Source: Gekko japonicus (taxonomy: Eukaryota). Taken from it: DNA of 64,000 bases. This document shows positions 13,099-24,934 of the stretch, one piece after another. Made by a program: the position numbers and the translations under genes. Position 1 is the first letter of the stretch, and the number at the start of each line of letters is the position of its first letter. The notes below the pieces were generated by a model. That model made no database searches. It saw only the letters and a list, made by a program, of their open reading frames with translations, and was not told the DNA's origin. The stretch lies in contig NW_015172565.1 of the NCBI RefSeq assembly GCF_001447785.1, positions 992,578 to 1,056,577 of the forward strand. Reading direction: 5' to 3'.

Positions 13099-13547
13099 TG
13101 TGTTACCTCCGTTTCCTTGAAATCTATTTACTATAAGCACACGACTCCAAATCACCCACAGCAGGTCCTGCGGCAGACATGACTACCTGAAGAGATGATC
13201 TGCACAGTTTTCCGGGTATTTTTGACAATTACATGGCTTTAATTTACAAAGAAAAACAAAAGTTTCTGTCTTGCGAGGTCTTCCCAGCTCCTGCATTCAA
13301 GGCTTAGGAGCCCTTTTAAAATCGTTACGTTTTCTTTTGCCGCTCGAAAACTTGAATGGATGCTAACAGCCCCTTCCTGCTCTCCTCGGTTCAAAGAATT
13401 GATTACTTGGGGGCAGCTATTGTGCAAAATTTACAGTTTATTAACTCGAAAGAAACACAAACTGAGCGGTCGGAAGAGTCCTTTCTGCCTTGCAGCGGGG
13501 CGGGTTTTGCAGAGGACCAATCACAAGGCGGCTCTTCTCTATAAATA
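13099..13547 (+). promoter_or_regulatory. Histone H1 promoter: TG box, AC (H1) box, GC box, CCAAT, TATA
   Basis: TGTGTTA 13099-13105; AAACACA 13453-13459; GGGGCGGG 13497-13504; CCAAT 13517-13521; TATAAATA 13540-13547. Confidence 0.9.
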
Positions 13548-13616
13548 AACAGCGGCTGACCTACTTGAGTTCACTTTTTTCTCCATTGGTGATTTTATTG
13601 CGAGGTCTCCGCAGTC

Positions 13617-14264
13617 ATGTCTGAAACGGCGCCTGCTGTGGCAGTTGCTGCTGCCGCGCCAGCTCCAGCCTCCAAGGCTCCGGCCAAAAAGGCGAAGAAG
13701 GCTGGAGCGGCCAAAGCGCGCAAGCCTTCGGGCCCCAGCGTCACCGAGCTGATCACCAAGGCGGTGGCTGCTTCCAAGGAGCGCAAAGGCGTCTCCCTGG
13801 CAGCTCTCAAGAAAGCTTTGGCGGCTGGAGGCTACGACGTGGAGAAGAACAACAGCCGTATCAAGCTGGGGCTGAAGAGCCTGGTCACCAAAGGGACTCT
13901 GGTGCACACCAAGGGCATCGGCGCCTCTGGCTCCTTCAAACTGGGCAAGAAATCCGGCGACGCGAAGGAGAAGGCCCCCAAGAAGAAGCCCGTCAAAGCC
14001 AAGAAGCCTGTGGCGAAGAAGGCTGCCGGGGCAGTCAAGAAGCCCAAGAAGCCCGCCGCTGCCAAGAAGAGTCCCAAGAAGCCCAAAAAGCCCGCGGCTG
14101 CCAAGAAGGCGGCCAAGAGCCCCAAGAAGGCGAAGCCTGTCAAGCCCAAGAAAGTGGCGAAAAGCCCGGCCAAAGCGAAGGCGGTGAAGCCCAAGACTGC
14201 GAAAGCCAAGACCGCCAAGCCCAAGGCGGCAAAGGCGAAGAAGGCGGCGCCCAAGAAGAAATAA
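13617..14264 (+). CDS. H1: Replication-dependent linker histone H1, 215 aa
   Basis: MSETAP start, globular domain (GPSVTELI...[31 protein letters not shown]), K/A/P-rich tail, intronless, 3' stem-loop. Confidence 0.98.
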   Translation: MSETAPAVAVAAAAPAPASKAPAKKAKKAGAAKARKPSGPSVTELITKAVAASKERKGVSLAALKKALAAGGYDVEKNNSRIKLGLKSLVTKGTLVHTKGIGASGSFKLGKKSGDAKEKAPKKKPVKAKKPVAKKAAGAVKKPKKPAAAKKSPKKPKKPAAAKKAAKSPKKAKPVKPKKVAKSPAKAKAVKPKTAKAKTAKPKAAKAKKAAPKKK

Positions 14265-14306
14265 ACCTCCGATGACCCATCCGTTCCTTGCTTTCAAAAA
14301 CCCAAA

Positions 14307-14346
14307 GGCTCTTTTAAGAGCCACCCACTTAGTCTAAAAAAGAGCT
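14307..14346 (+). terminator. Histone 3' stem-loop and downstream element (H1)
   Basis: GGCTCTTTTAAGAGCC 14307-14322, then ACCCA, then AAAAGAGCTG at 14337-14346. Confidence 0.95.
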
Positions 14347-15051
14347 GGCACGCGCCTTGGGCAAAGGCGATCCCTCCTGGAGCTGTCCCTTGACAGGCTT
14401 GCAACAAGCCTGAAGTTAGCTTCTCGGGTGGTTTAATTCCCATATATTTACAATAATTGGAGGGGGGGTTCACTTTACCATAGAAGGTAGTAGAAGAAGC
14501 CAAAGGTAGCCCCGAAAAAGCACAGTGCAGTTCATACCTGAATTGGGATTTTAATGTATCTTGGGGAAGTAATTTAGGCTTAGGCGAGAGGGAAACTAAC
14601 GAGTGAACACAGCGAGTCAAGTACTACCTTGCAGATGGTCAAAAGCGGTTTTTCTGCAGCTGGCAATTTTTTCAATTTCAATTAATCATTGGGATTCGAA
14701 TTGGGGATCAGCAGCATTCTCCCGGACAGGTGTGTGCGGGGGGGGGGGGGGGAGGCACTTTGCTTCTCTTCTATATTACAGGAGATGTTTACAATTTCGG
14801 TTTTCAATGTTCAGTGAACTGAGTGGGACTCTTGAATATAAACGTGTGTAGGATTGGGTTTCAATTAGTTAAATCGTTGTATGGAAAGAACCTTCGAGTG
14901 TAGTATCCGAATCTATTTCTAGCATTAATGCTTGCTGAAAGCCGCTGACAGAAGAAACAACGTACTTTTGGGGCGGGAATGAGTACGGATGATCATATAC
15001 TGCAAAGGACTGAAATAAAGAACTTTTTCCTGTGTGTAGTAGTTTATTAAA

Positions 15052-15222
15052 CTATATTCAGGTGGGTAGCCGTGTTGGTCTGAAGCAACAGAACAAAGTG
15101 AGTCCATTGGCACCTTTAAGACCAAAAATTTTTAATTCTGCCTATAAGCTTTCAATGTGTATGCGAAAGCTTATACCCAGAATTAAACTCTCTTGGTCTT
15201 AAAGGTGCCACTGGACTCATAC
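15052..15222. mobile_element. Penelope-like inverted-repeat fragment
   Basis: GGTAGCCGTGTTGGTC head and long inverted arms (15099-15125 versus 15193-15219); related copies at ~32480-33045 and ~37370-37535. Confidence 0.65.
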
Positions 15223-15392
15223 TTAAAGTATGTTTACGCGGAAGCCCGATTTAATTCAGCAGTTCTTAACGCCCATTTATTTTGGAGGGGAAGTGGCGCT
15301 CCAAATAATTTGTAAAAATGTTTTTGTGAATGAACATTGCGCAGGGTTTATTTACCGGCCTTTGATTTGCCACCGTAGTTAGTGCAACTTGT

Positions 15393-15979
<587 letters not shown>

Positions 15980-16005
15980 GCCCTCGCCCTTGATTTTAAC
16001 CCAAA

Positions 16006-16021
16006 GGCTCTTTTAAGAGCC
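16006..16021 (+). terminator. Histone 3' stem-loop (H2B)
   Basis: GGCTCTTTTAAGAGCC preceded by CCCAAA. Confidence 0.95.
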
Positions 16022-16155
16022 ACCTATTTTTTCAATAAGAGAGTCCTATCACTTTCGAAACAACTCCATTAACTCCGTATTTTTTCTATGTAATAAGACT
16101 AAAGTAGAAGTTTAAGGTGGTCTCTTCTGACCGGAACTATATAGTGCTAGCCTAA

Positions 16156-16467
16156 GCTGCAGTGGCTGTGGAAGGTTAGTAGTTCAGCAGTTCGAGACCC
16201 GGGTGCCGCATGATGGAGTGAGCTCCCATCTCTAGTTCCAGCTCCTGCCAACCTAGCAGTTCGAAAGCAAGAAATTGCAAGTAGGTAAATAGGTACCACT
16301 TCGGTGGGAAGGTAACAGCGTTCCGTGCACCTTGGTGTTTAGTCATGCCGGCCACATGACCACGGAAACGTCTTCGCACAGCGCTGGCTCTTCGGCTTTG
16401 AAACGGAGATGAGCACCGCAACCCTAGAATCGGATTCGACTGGCTTTCGAGCAAGGGAACCTTTACC
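16156..16467 (+). mobile_element. Sauria SINE (head internally deleted)
   Basis: CCTGCCAACCTAGCAGTTCGAAAGC core and ACCTTTACC tail; near-identical to the reverse complement of 42488-42839. Confidence 0.88.
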
Positions 16468-17209
16468 TAAAGCAGGTCTCTCCGAATCGGAGAGCTGGTG
16501 TGTCCCCGAAGTCAATACATAATCATTTTCTTAAAACTGGCTGTCTCACAATGAGAACTCAGCCATTGAACTATGTCACTAGAAGGAACGTTGATTTTAA
16601 TCGTGTTTACTTCCACGTTGGGAGTATGCCTTGCAGCCCAAATTGCATAAATCAAATCAAGCCGCCACTTCCACGGAACGTCCGTTGGAATTTTGAAATT
16701 CCCGCCTTGAGCGGTTATTGGCCAGTGAGTCCAGATTCCTCTCTTGCTTAGAAACTAGGGCGAGTAAAACAGCCACACACACCCAACAGTAGGATGAAAG
16801 GCATCGTGTTCGTAAATATCATTTTCGACTTAGTTTCAGTATTTACCCCTGCCTAAGCTGCGCGTGTGGTAAAATAAAGTCTTTTTCAGAAAAGTTTATC
16901 AAACAATCCACACCCTCTCAACCGAACAGAAGATTTTATAGACAGTGCATAAACGTAGAAAGACGGCTGCTACTTCTACTTTCCTCTGTTCGCTAAGTTC
17001 TGTTCTCAACCGAAGTGTTTTTAGTGTAGGGGGGAGGGGAATCGTACAGGGAAACGTGTTTGCTACATCTAACAAGTTAAAAAGGATTTCTGTGAGGAAA
17101 TATCAAGGAAAAGTCAACGAGTCTGAGACTTAAACGAATATTTAGTATTTAAAAAGCAGTTGCGTAACGCAAAATGGAGATGAGGGATTTATAAGAGTTT
17201 TCAAATTAT

Positions 17210-17323
17210 CCAATGAGATTTTGGTTTTCCAGACTCGGCCAATCAAAAACAAGCTCTATTAACCAATGGTGAAAAGGCATTTATTCTACATCAGCCAATC
17301 AAAAGGCAGGGTTGGTGTATAAA
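17210..17323 (+). promoter_or_regulatory. H3 promoter: four CCAAT boxes and TATA
   Basis: CCAAT at 17210, 17239, 17263, 17295; TATAAA 17318-17323. Confidence 0.88.
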
Positions 17324-17329
17324 TTTTGA

Positions 17330-17782
<453 letters not shown>

Positions 17783-17829
17783 TTGAAAGGCTCCTCCGAG
17801 CGGCGCCAAACCGCGCAGAAAACCCTAAA

Positions 17830-17877
17830 GGCTCTTTTAAGAGCCACTACATGATCCCAGGGAAAGCTAAAGAGCTG
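17830..17877 (+). terminator. Histone 3' stem-loop and downstream element (H3)
   Basis: GGCTCTTTTAAGAGCC 17830-17845; AAAGAGCTG 17869-17877. Confidence 0.93.
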
Positions 17878-19197
17878 TTCACTACATCCTTTCACTTTTG
17901 CTGAATATAATGCATTTTATGAGTTTTTGTAGGTTAGTTACAACTAGGAAGGTACCCGCCACATGCGTGTTTGATTTAAAATATCGTAGTGCCTAGAGCG
18001 GGAAGTAAGTATACCCTACTTTAAAAACTGAAGCTGCTAAACTTCACCTTTCTCTTAAATTTTTCTTTTCAGTGGCTTTTAAAAGTCTTTTCACTTCCTA
18101 ACCAATAGGAATCGTCGGTTGCTGTGTTAGCCAGTAGGATTAGCCGCTCGTGCGACGAATACTTTGTTGAGGTGTGTCTGATTGCTCCGCCGTTTAAAAC
18201 AGGAGAGCCCGCGCTTTTCTTTGGTTCCGTTTTCCGTAGGTGGCGCAACAGGGGTTGGGTCTCCATGCGTGTGGTGACGGTAGCTGATTCGCGCGAGCTC
18301 GTGCTAGAGTAAATGTTAATCTTTAAAATGCTCACGGTTTTCTGGTTTATGAATCATTGTATAATATATGCTGGCCTTTAAAACGCCCAGGAGTATTTAT
18401 ATTGGGGTGTCAGAAACGGCTGCAATTTTCCTCAGATGTTCCCCCGGGCTTAGATTCTACGGGGGGCGGGGGTGGAGAGTCTCTTGCTTGTACATTAGTG
18501 GCTCCCTTACCAGTTAGTCCTAACCATACTAACTGACAAGCCTATTCAGCTGTGTCGTTCAGTATTTCAGGTTACCAGGTCAGACTCATAATTTGGCTTG
18601 TGAATTATTCAGAACGTTAGACGGTGTTTATTTCTGCCGCATATAGTCTTCACAATTACTGGACAAGTAAGATGCACGACTAAGGAGAAAATAGCAGCCA
18701 GTGCTTCAGCAATTACACGGGTGGGATAAAAATGGCTATGCTGATACCAATTGCAGGCTTTCCTTCACTTGAAACCATAAGGCAGCAGGAAACGACTGGG
18801 TGTCAGTTTTATGCTGGGGAAACTTGGCTGGAGTCAGACCAGAGGTTCCAGCCACCTGGGTTTAGAAGTGTAGGGAGGCAGAACAGTGGTGCTTCCATTT
18901 CCTACTCAGAAGAATTCCATTCATGCTTTCCAAGCAGTTAACCTTTCCTGGTGACCCATTTTGTTTTTTTAAATGTGATTAGCCACTGTTGCTAGTATGA
19001 TGTAACCCAGTAAATAAAAGTATGCCTGCTTCAGCCTTTGATCATGGAGCAGAGGGAACATCTGAACTCTCTTGGAATTTCAGAATGCCTATTGGGCATG
19101 CAGTTGGATATAAAAAGGGGGTGAGAAGGTGTTTCTGCTCAAACTAATGTCCATAAATGCCTGGACCCCAGCCTGGTTAAAACAGACACCTGCCAGC

Positions 19198-19401
19198 CAA
19201 TGTTCCCTCTAAGCTGTGGAGTTTTGTGAGCAAAAATTCTACTTTGTGAGCTACTGGCATTAAAGTTGTGAGCGAGCGATTTGGCTGCTGTGTGAATTAG
19301 TTTGCTCTGGAGCCATTCTTCCTGAGCTGAGACAAAAAGGTGTGAGCCAGAGGCTAAAAAACTGAGCTAGCTCACACTAACTCAGCTTAGAGGGAACACT
19401 G
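19198..19401. mobile_element. hAT MITE (204 bp)
   Basis: TIRs CAATGTTCCCTCTAAGCTG / CAGCTTAGAGGGAACACTG; 8-bp TSD CTGCCAGC. Confidence 0.92.
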
Positions 19402-20451
19402 CTGCCAGCTCTTTTGTGTCTCCAGAGTGGCATTCTTTGTTTAATCAGATCTTTGCCACCTAATTTAATCTTTTCCTGTGTTGCAGGGTGTAGCCACCAT
19501 GTTCTCAGACAGCAGTTGCCAGCCTGAGTCAAAGGACAGCATGTGTGATGTACATGAACCTAAGCTATATGGCATAGGGTAAGGCACCTCTCTCTTCCTG
19601 GGCTGGCTGGAACCAGCCAAAAAAAGGTCACCTGCGTGTGTCTAGGGCAGGGGTCCCCAACCCTGTTCAGCCCTGAGAATTCTGACACAGAGGCAGGACG
19701 AGCCACAAAATGGTTGCTGCAGGATGTGGAGCTAACCACAAAATGTCAGGGAGTGAGGTTATGCATAATTCTGATAACAGGTCTTCAACATCTAAGGCAG
19801 AAGCTCTATTTAACAAGGTGACTTTTAAAATGTTTTTAAATATTTTCTTCCATACCCACAAAATAGTATACATATTGAGCTAGCTAAGAAACTCTCATTT
19901 GGCAGTATCTCTCTACTTTTTGCTGCCATCTAATTCAAAAGGGAAATGCTTTTTCTCCTGGCTATTCCTGTAAATGATTAGCCCTTTTCTCTTGAGCTGA
20001 GCCCTTCTTAACCTGAACTGTTACTTTTAACACTGACAGTTGGTGCTGAATGGGCTGGTTGAGAACTCTGCACATGTGTGCAGTAAAAGATTTGGATAGG
20101 ATCATAAATAATTGAAAAGTGAATAAAATTTGGCAGAGTGATGTTATTGTCAACTTCTACTTGAATTATAAAAATATATGTAAATTGGTAAGATTTGATT
20201 TCAATAGAAGTTTCAATTATGTGTATTAAGCATTTCAGCCATGCAGCCCAATCATGTTTAGCTAGAATTAAGTCTACTGTGGCCACTGCCACACGGGGGC
20301 GGGGGGGGGGGAGTATGGCCAAAGTGTGGCTTTTTAAAGCTGCGCCAAAAGAAACATGTGAGATCACATAGATCCCCTGAGCCGCCACGCAGTTCCTCCC
20401 TGGCACGATTAGATGCGGGGGGGGAGCTACTGAAGGAAGAGCGAGGCTGCC

Positions 20452-20561
20452 GAACTGCGCATGTGTGTGCGTGCGCAGTTCAACCGGGAGCCTGGATTGC
20501 TCCTGACGACGGGCGTGGCGGCGATCCCACGGCCACACTTGCTGCGGTGCTTCAGGTAAGT
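20452..20561 (+). promoter_or_regulatory. CpG-rich promoter-like segment with NRF1-like palindrome and candidate non-coding first exon
   Basis: GAACTGCGCA-N10-TGCGCAGTTC at 20452-20481; consensus donor CAG|GTAAGT at 20555/20556. Confidence 0.5.
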
Positions 20562-21331
20562 CCTCCTCTGTAGGAGGTTCTTTTTTGCAGCGGCTTTTCT
20601 GGGTTTAGGGACGGATCGGAGACAGGTGTGCTCCGCTTCCCAGATATTGCGGTGAGATCGCGCCCGTTTGCTGCGCCCCCGATCCGTCCATCTCTCGAGC
20701 AAAGATCTTCCGTGTGACCGGGGCCAGAGTTTTTCAAATATCACTGCTTTTTGCACAGGTAAAAAGTACATAAAGCCACTGTCTGGATTATGCCATCACA
20801 AAACTAAAAAAAGCCTCACCTGGCCCAGCCTAGGCCCGTAGCCAGAAAATTTTGGTTGTTGGTGCCGGGGTGCTGGCCCCAGGGAGTGGGGAATTTAATT
20901 AGATTACTAATAAGAATAGCTCATGGGTGAGGTTGGTCTCCGGCTGGCCAGGCAGGGAGTGGCCGAGGAGCGGGCGCGGCATGGAGGCAGGCCAGCCCGG
21001 ATCCCTTACCTCCTTGGGGCTGTGTGCTGTGAGCATGCCCACTGAGCAAGCCCTTTAGGGGCTGTCGGAGCTGCCTGTGGCAACCCTAACCTACGCAGCA
21101 GAGCTGGCCATAGAGGAAACACGCACAGCCACTCGGAGGCCCTCAGCAGCGCTTCCCACTTGAAGGCGAAGTAGGTGCCCACTGGCAGTGCTGCGTTTGT
21201 GCCTGCGATGGCGCAACTGTCGCCATCCCTCGCCTGCCCTGCCTGGGGTGCCTGGCTGGGGAGAAGGAGAGCCGGCTGGAGTGTGCTCCTGCTGCAGAGT
21301 GGAGAGCTCACCAGCTGGCTCTCCTTCTCCT

Positions 21332-21905
21332 TTGTTGTTGTTCAGTCGCACAGTCGAGTCCGACTCTTCGTGACCCCATGGACCACATCACGCCAGGCCT
21401 TCCTGTCTTCCGCCGTCCTCTGAAGTTGGCTCAATTTCATGTTCGTTGCATCTATGACACTGTCCAACCATCTCATCCTTTGCCGTCCCCGTCTTCTTTG
21501 ACCTTCAATCTTTCCCAGCATCAGGGTCTTCTCCAGTGAGTGCTCCCTTCTCATTTGGTGGCCAAAATATTTGAGCTTCAGTTTCATTATCTGGCCTTCC
21601 AGGGAACAGTCAGGGTTGATTTCTTTTAGGATTGACTGATTTGATCTTGCAGTCCAAGGGACTCTCAAGAGTCTGCTCCGGCACCATAGTTCAAACAAAT
21701 CTATTCTTTGGCGCTCGGCCTTCCTTATAGTCCAACTCTCGCAGCCATACATGACTACTGGGAATACCATTGCTTTGACCATGCGGACTTTTGTTGGCAG
21801 GGTGATGTCTCTACTTTTTATCATGCTGTTTAGGTTTGCCATCGCTTTCCTCCCAAGGAGCAGGCGTCTTTTAATTTCATGGCTGCTGTCACAGTCTGCG
21901 GCGAT
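21332..21905 (-). mobile_element. BovB 3' fragment
   Basis: Highly similar to 3179-3750; (CAA)n tail; peptide HEIKRRLLLGRKAM...GVTKSRTRL. Confidence 0.95.
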
Positions 21906-22014
21906 GCAAATAAGAGTGGATGGCGCTCCTGCCTTTTGAGGCGGGGGTGGTGGAGTGTGGCTCATGATTGAGGGGGTGTGACCCCAAAATCCTCCACTGG
22001 AGGTATGCCCCTGC

Positions 22015-22218
22015 CAATGCTCCCTCTAAGCTGTGGAGTCTTGTGACCAAAAATTCTACTTTGTGAGCTACTGGCATTAAAGTTGTGAGCGAGCTATTTG
22101 GCTACTGCACAAATTAGTTGGCTCTGGAGCCATCCTTCCTGAGCTAAGACAAAAACCTGTGAGCTGGAGGCCAAAAAACTGAGCTAGCTCACACTAACTC
22201 AGCTTAGAGGGACCACTG
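22015..22218. mobile_element. hAT MITE, same family as 19198-19401
   Basis: Same TIRs and body; 8-bp TSD GCCCCTGC. Confidence 0.92.
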
Positions 22219-22912
22219 GCCCCTGCCCAGTTTCTAAAACCATTTGTCGGATGCCAGGAAAGGCACCAGCAGACTCCAGGGGAGTACAAGGGCTGAGTAG
22301 GGTGGCAGGCTGAGAACTGATTAGTAACCTGCTCTGCTCACCACTGGGGACCCAAAGCAGTTACAAGTTTGTCCTCTCCTCCGCCGTTTTATCCTCACAA
22401 TAACCACATGGTATGGTAGGCTTAAAGACAGTGATTCCCCCAAGGTCGCACATCAAGGTTTTAAGGCATCAATCAGATTGTAGTGCAACACTTTTAACCA
22501 CCCCACCACGAAGGCTCTTCAAGTGGATGCGGTTGTCGTGCTTGTTGGATCCCGTGTAGGAGTCTGGGTCTCAGGAAGGGCCTGACCTGAGCAAGGTATA
22601 GAGCTATGACTGCTGGCGTTTTACCAGCTAGAGGGTAGACGTCTTGAGCTTGGATGTAGTTTTGATGGCCTGTCCCTGTATATTTCTGGAAACACAGACC
22701 CTTTTATTGACTGCTGCATACATCTTCAGGTTGCAAATATTCTGATTATTTTGATTATTTCCTTATTTTTGTATTTGTATCCTGCTTTTCTCACTGATCA
22801 GGGACCCAAAGTGGAGGCCCTTAGGAATGAAAAATGTGGAGAGGTCAGCTATCATTAATGTTTTTCAAGCTTTGCTTTCTCTGATGCAATGATGATCTGT
22901 GAAGACAAGATC

Positions 22913-22979
22913 CAGGGTGGGAATTGGTTAAAAGGGTAAGCAAAACAGGGTGGGAATTGGTTAAAAGGGTAAGCAAAAC
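22913..22979. repeat. Perfect 33-bp tandem duplication
   Basis: CAGGGTGGGAATTGGTTAAAAGGGTAAGCAAAA twice. Confidence 0.95.
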
Positions 22980-24015
22980 CGTCATAAACGCTACAGTTTT
23001 AAAAAATCTTTTAGTGTTCACCTAAATTCATATCCCAGTAATGCTAATACCTGATCTGTATGGATTGGCAGCATTTCATGTATGGACATTTTTGTGAAGC
23101 CTGGTGAGAGTAGTAGCAGCAGCTTTCATCCCTGCATGCGTCATTACGAAGTTAGTGTTCAGTCTCTAACTATTTAAATTTAGAAATTGATTGCATGGCA
23201 AGAATATTATTTATTCAATTCATTTATACGCTGCCTCCCCGCCCCCCAGTGGTGACACATGACCAAAAGTTTATGAAGGACTGCCTTCTGCACCGAACAA
23301 AAAGCCTGCACTAGGTGACCAATAGCACGATGTGCAAGAGCTGATGTTATGGGCTGCCTTCGCACGCGGACTGTTTGGTCCTGAGGCATGGGGGTGCCCC
23401 CCAAAAATGACAGATCAGAAAGAAACAAAAATTCATAACTGCAGCTGTTGTGCAGATGCAAAGCTGTTTGGTGGCTGCTCACGTTGGATGGTGGTGCTGA
23501 GCCGAGGAGATATGAGGCTCAGCTCACATCTGATCATGACTGTAAAAAACCAGTATGTTTGCCTGCCAGACATGTTGCCTGCGGAGTTATCATCCCTTGT
23601 TTTATTGATGTACAGCAACCGTCAGATCTGCTGCTGAGTGTCCCAGTAAACTGAAATACTTCCCTGCCAGTGTCTCTTTCCATTTTTAATGTTTGACTTA
23701 TGTTCTTTTATTCTTTGTTATAGGCAGAAGGGCATTGGTGGCACATGAGAGCATACAGTGTATTATAAGACATGTAGGACAATGAGTCCCTGACGGTGTT
23801 TATATGCCCATTGCAGTAGCCCTGGTCACAAGTTATAGTGACTGCATGTACAATCTATGTACAGTCTACACTTTATTGTTCTTTGCATGTGTTTTGAGTA
23901 ATTCTTACATGACATTCCATGATACCCCACATTTATCCAGGTACTGATTTCCAGTTTCATTCTATAAAGTGAATTTGTGTTGGCTCTTCCAACACACGTT
24001 CACTTTGTATGTATG

Positions 24016-24346
24016 CAGGGGTCATTTCGTAGAAAAAGAGCTAGGGGAACTCATTAGCATAACTCATTAGCATATACTACACCCCCTGACATCAGGGGCC
24101 CGGCGGTGGACCTGCAAGGCCAGCGGGAGTGCGAGGAAGCCCCGCCAAGGCCCTCCCTGGTCCCAGGCAGGCAGGGGTGGGGAGAGGCTGGGAGGAAGCA
24201 ACTTACCCTCCCTCTTCTCCTGCCTCCTCCAGGCTGAATGAGGGCTGGAAGCGGGGCTGCCGGAAGCAGGGGGCGGGGCTTCGTCATGTGCCCCGCCCCC
24301 TGGACCTCACCCGGGGGAACTGCGTTCCCCCCCGAAATGACCTCTG
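24016..24346. mobile_element. hAT MITE (CAGGGGTCATTTC family)
   Basis: TIRs CAGGGGTCATTTCG / CGAAATGACCTCTG; 8-bp TSD TATGTATG. Confidence 0.9.
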
Positions 24347-24873
24347 TATGTATGTGCACTCGCTAACATGCAAACAGGTCCATAGCTGCACAGTGACGTC
24401 CAGAAAATGGATCTGCTACATGGACTGGTCAGGCTGATGGTTGCATGGAAGGAGTTGGATCCCCGGTGGACAAAGCTTTACATCTATCAATAAATGTTTC
24501 CCTATTTTGGAAATGTATGGATATCTGCTGTCTGTAAAACTGAACAATAGATGTTCTTTTGTAATCTTACTGCCATTAACATGTTCTGGCTGATCCTGTT
24601 AAGTTAGTTACAGTGCAGACCCATTAAATCTTTATCTTACTAGGTAAAGTGCAGTGTCCAAGAACCGCCCCCTGTTCAAAGACGTCCAACTATAAAACAG
24701 CAAGGGGTGCGTGGGCGTCTTGGCTTTCAAAGTTTCAAGGACCAGCTTGAACAAAAGGAGCAAGGAGTTTCTCGGAGACTGGTGATGAATAAGGGAGAGG
24801 AAATTTCTGGGATGCCTCAGTGAAGATGCTAAACAATCTGTAGGAAACTCAAAAAGTGGGTAAAATAACAAGC

Positions 24874-24934
24874 ATGCTCCCCAACTACACCATTCTTGTT
24901 ATGGTCAGTCTGCACTGGTTCATAACCTATAGAC
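24874..24934 (+). CDS. Gene 1 exon: candidate signal peptide MLPNYTILVMVSLHWFITYR
   Basis: ATG to GTAAGT donor is 61 nt, phase 1, the same length as gene 2 exon 1; hydrophobic core; TATAAAA at 24691. Confidence 0.65.

Noticed and set aside
13539-14324. 261-aa and 140-aa antisense ORFs over H1
   Set aside because: Shadow frames of the GC-rich Lys/Ala codon pattern, with no independent gene signals.
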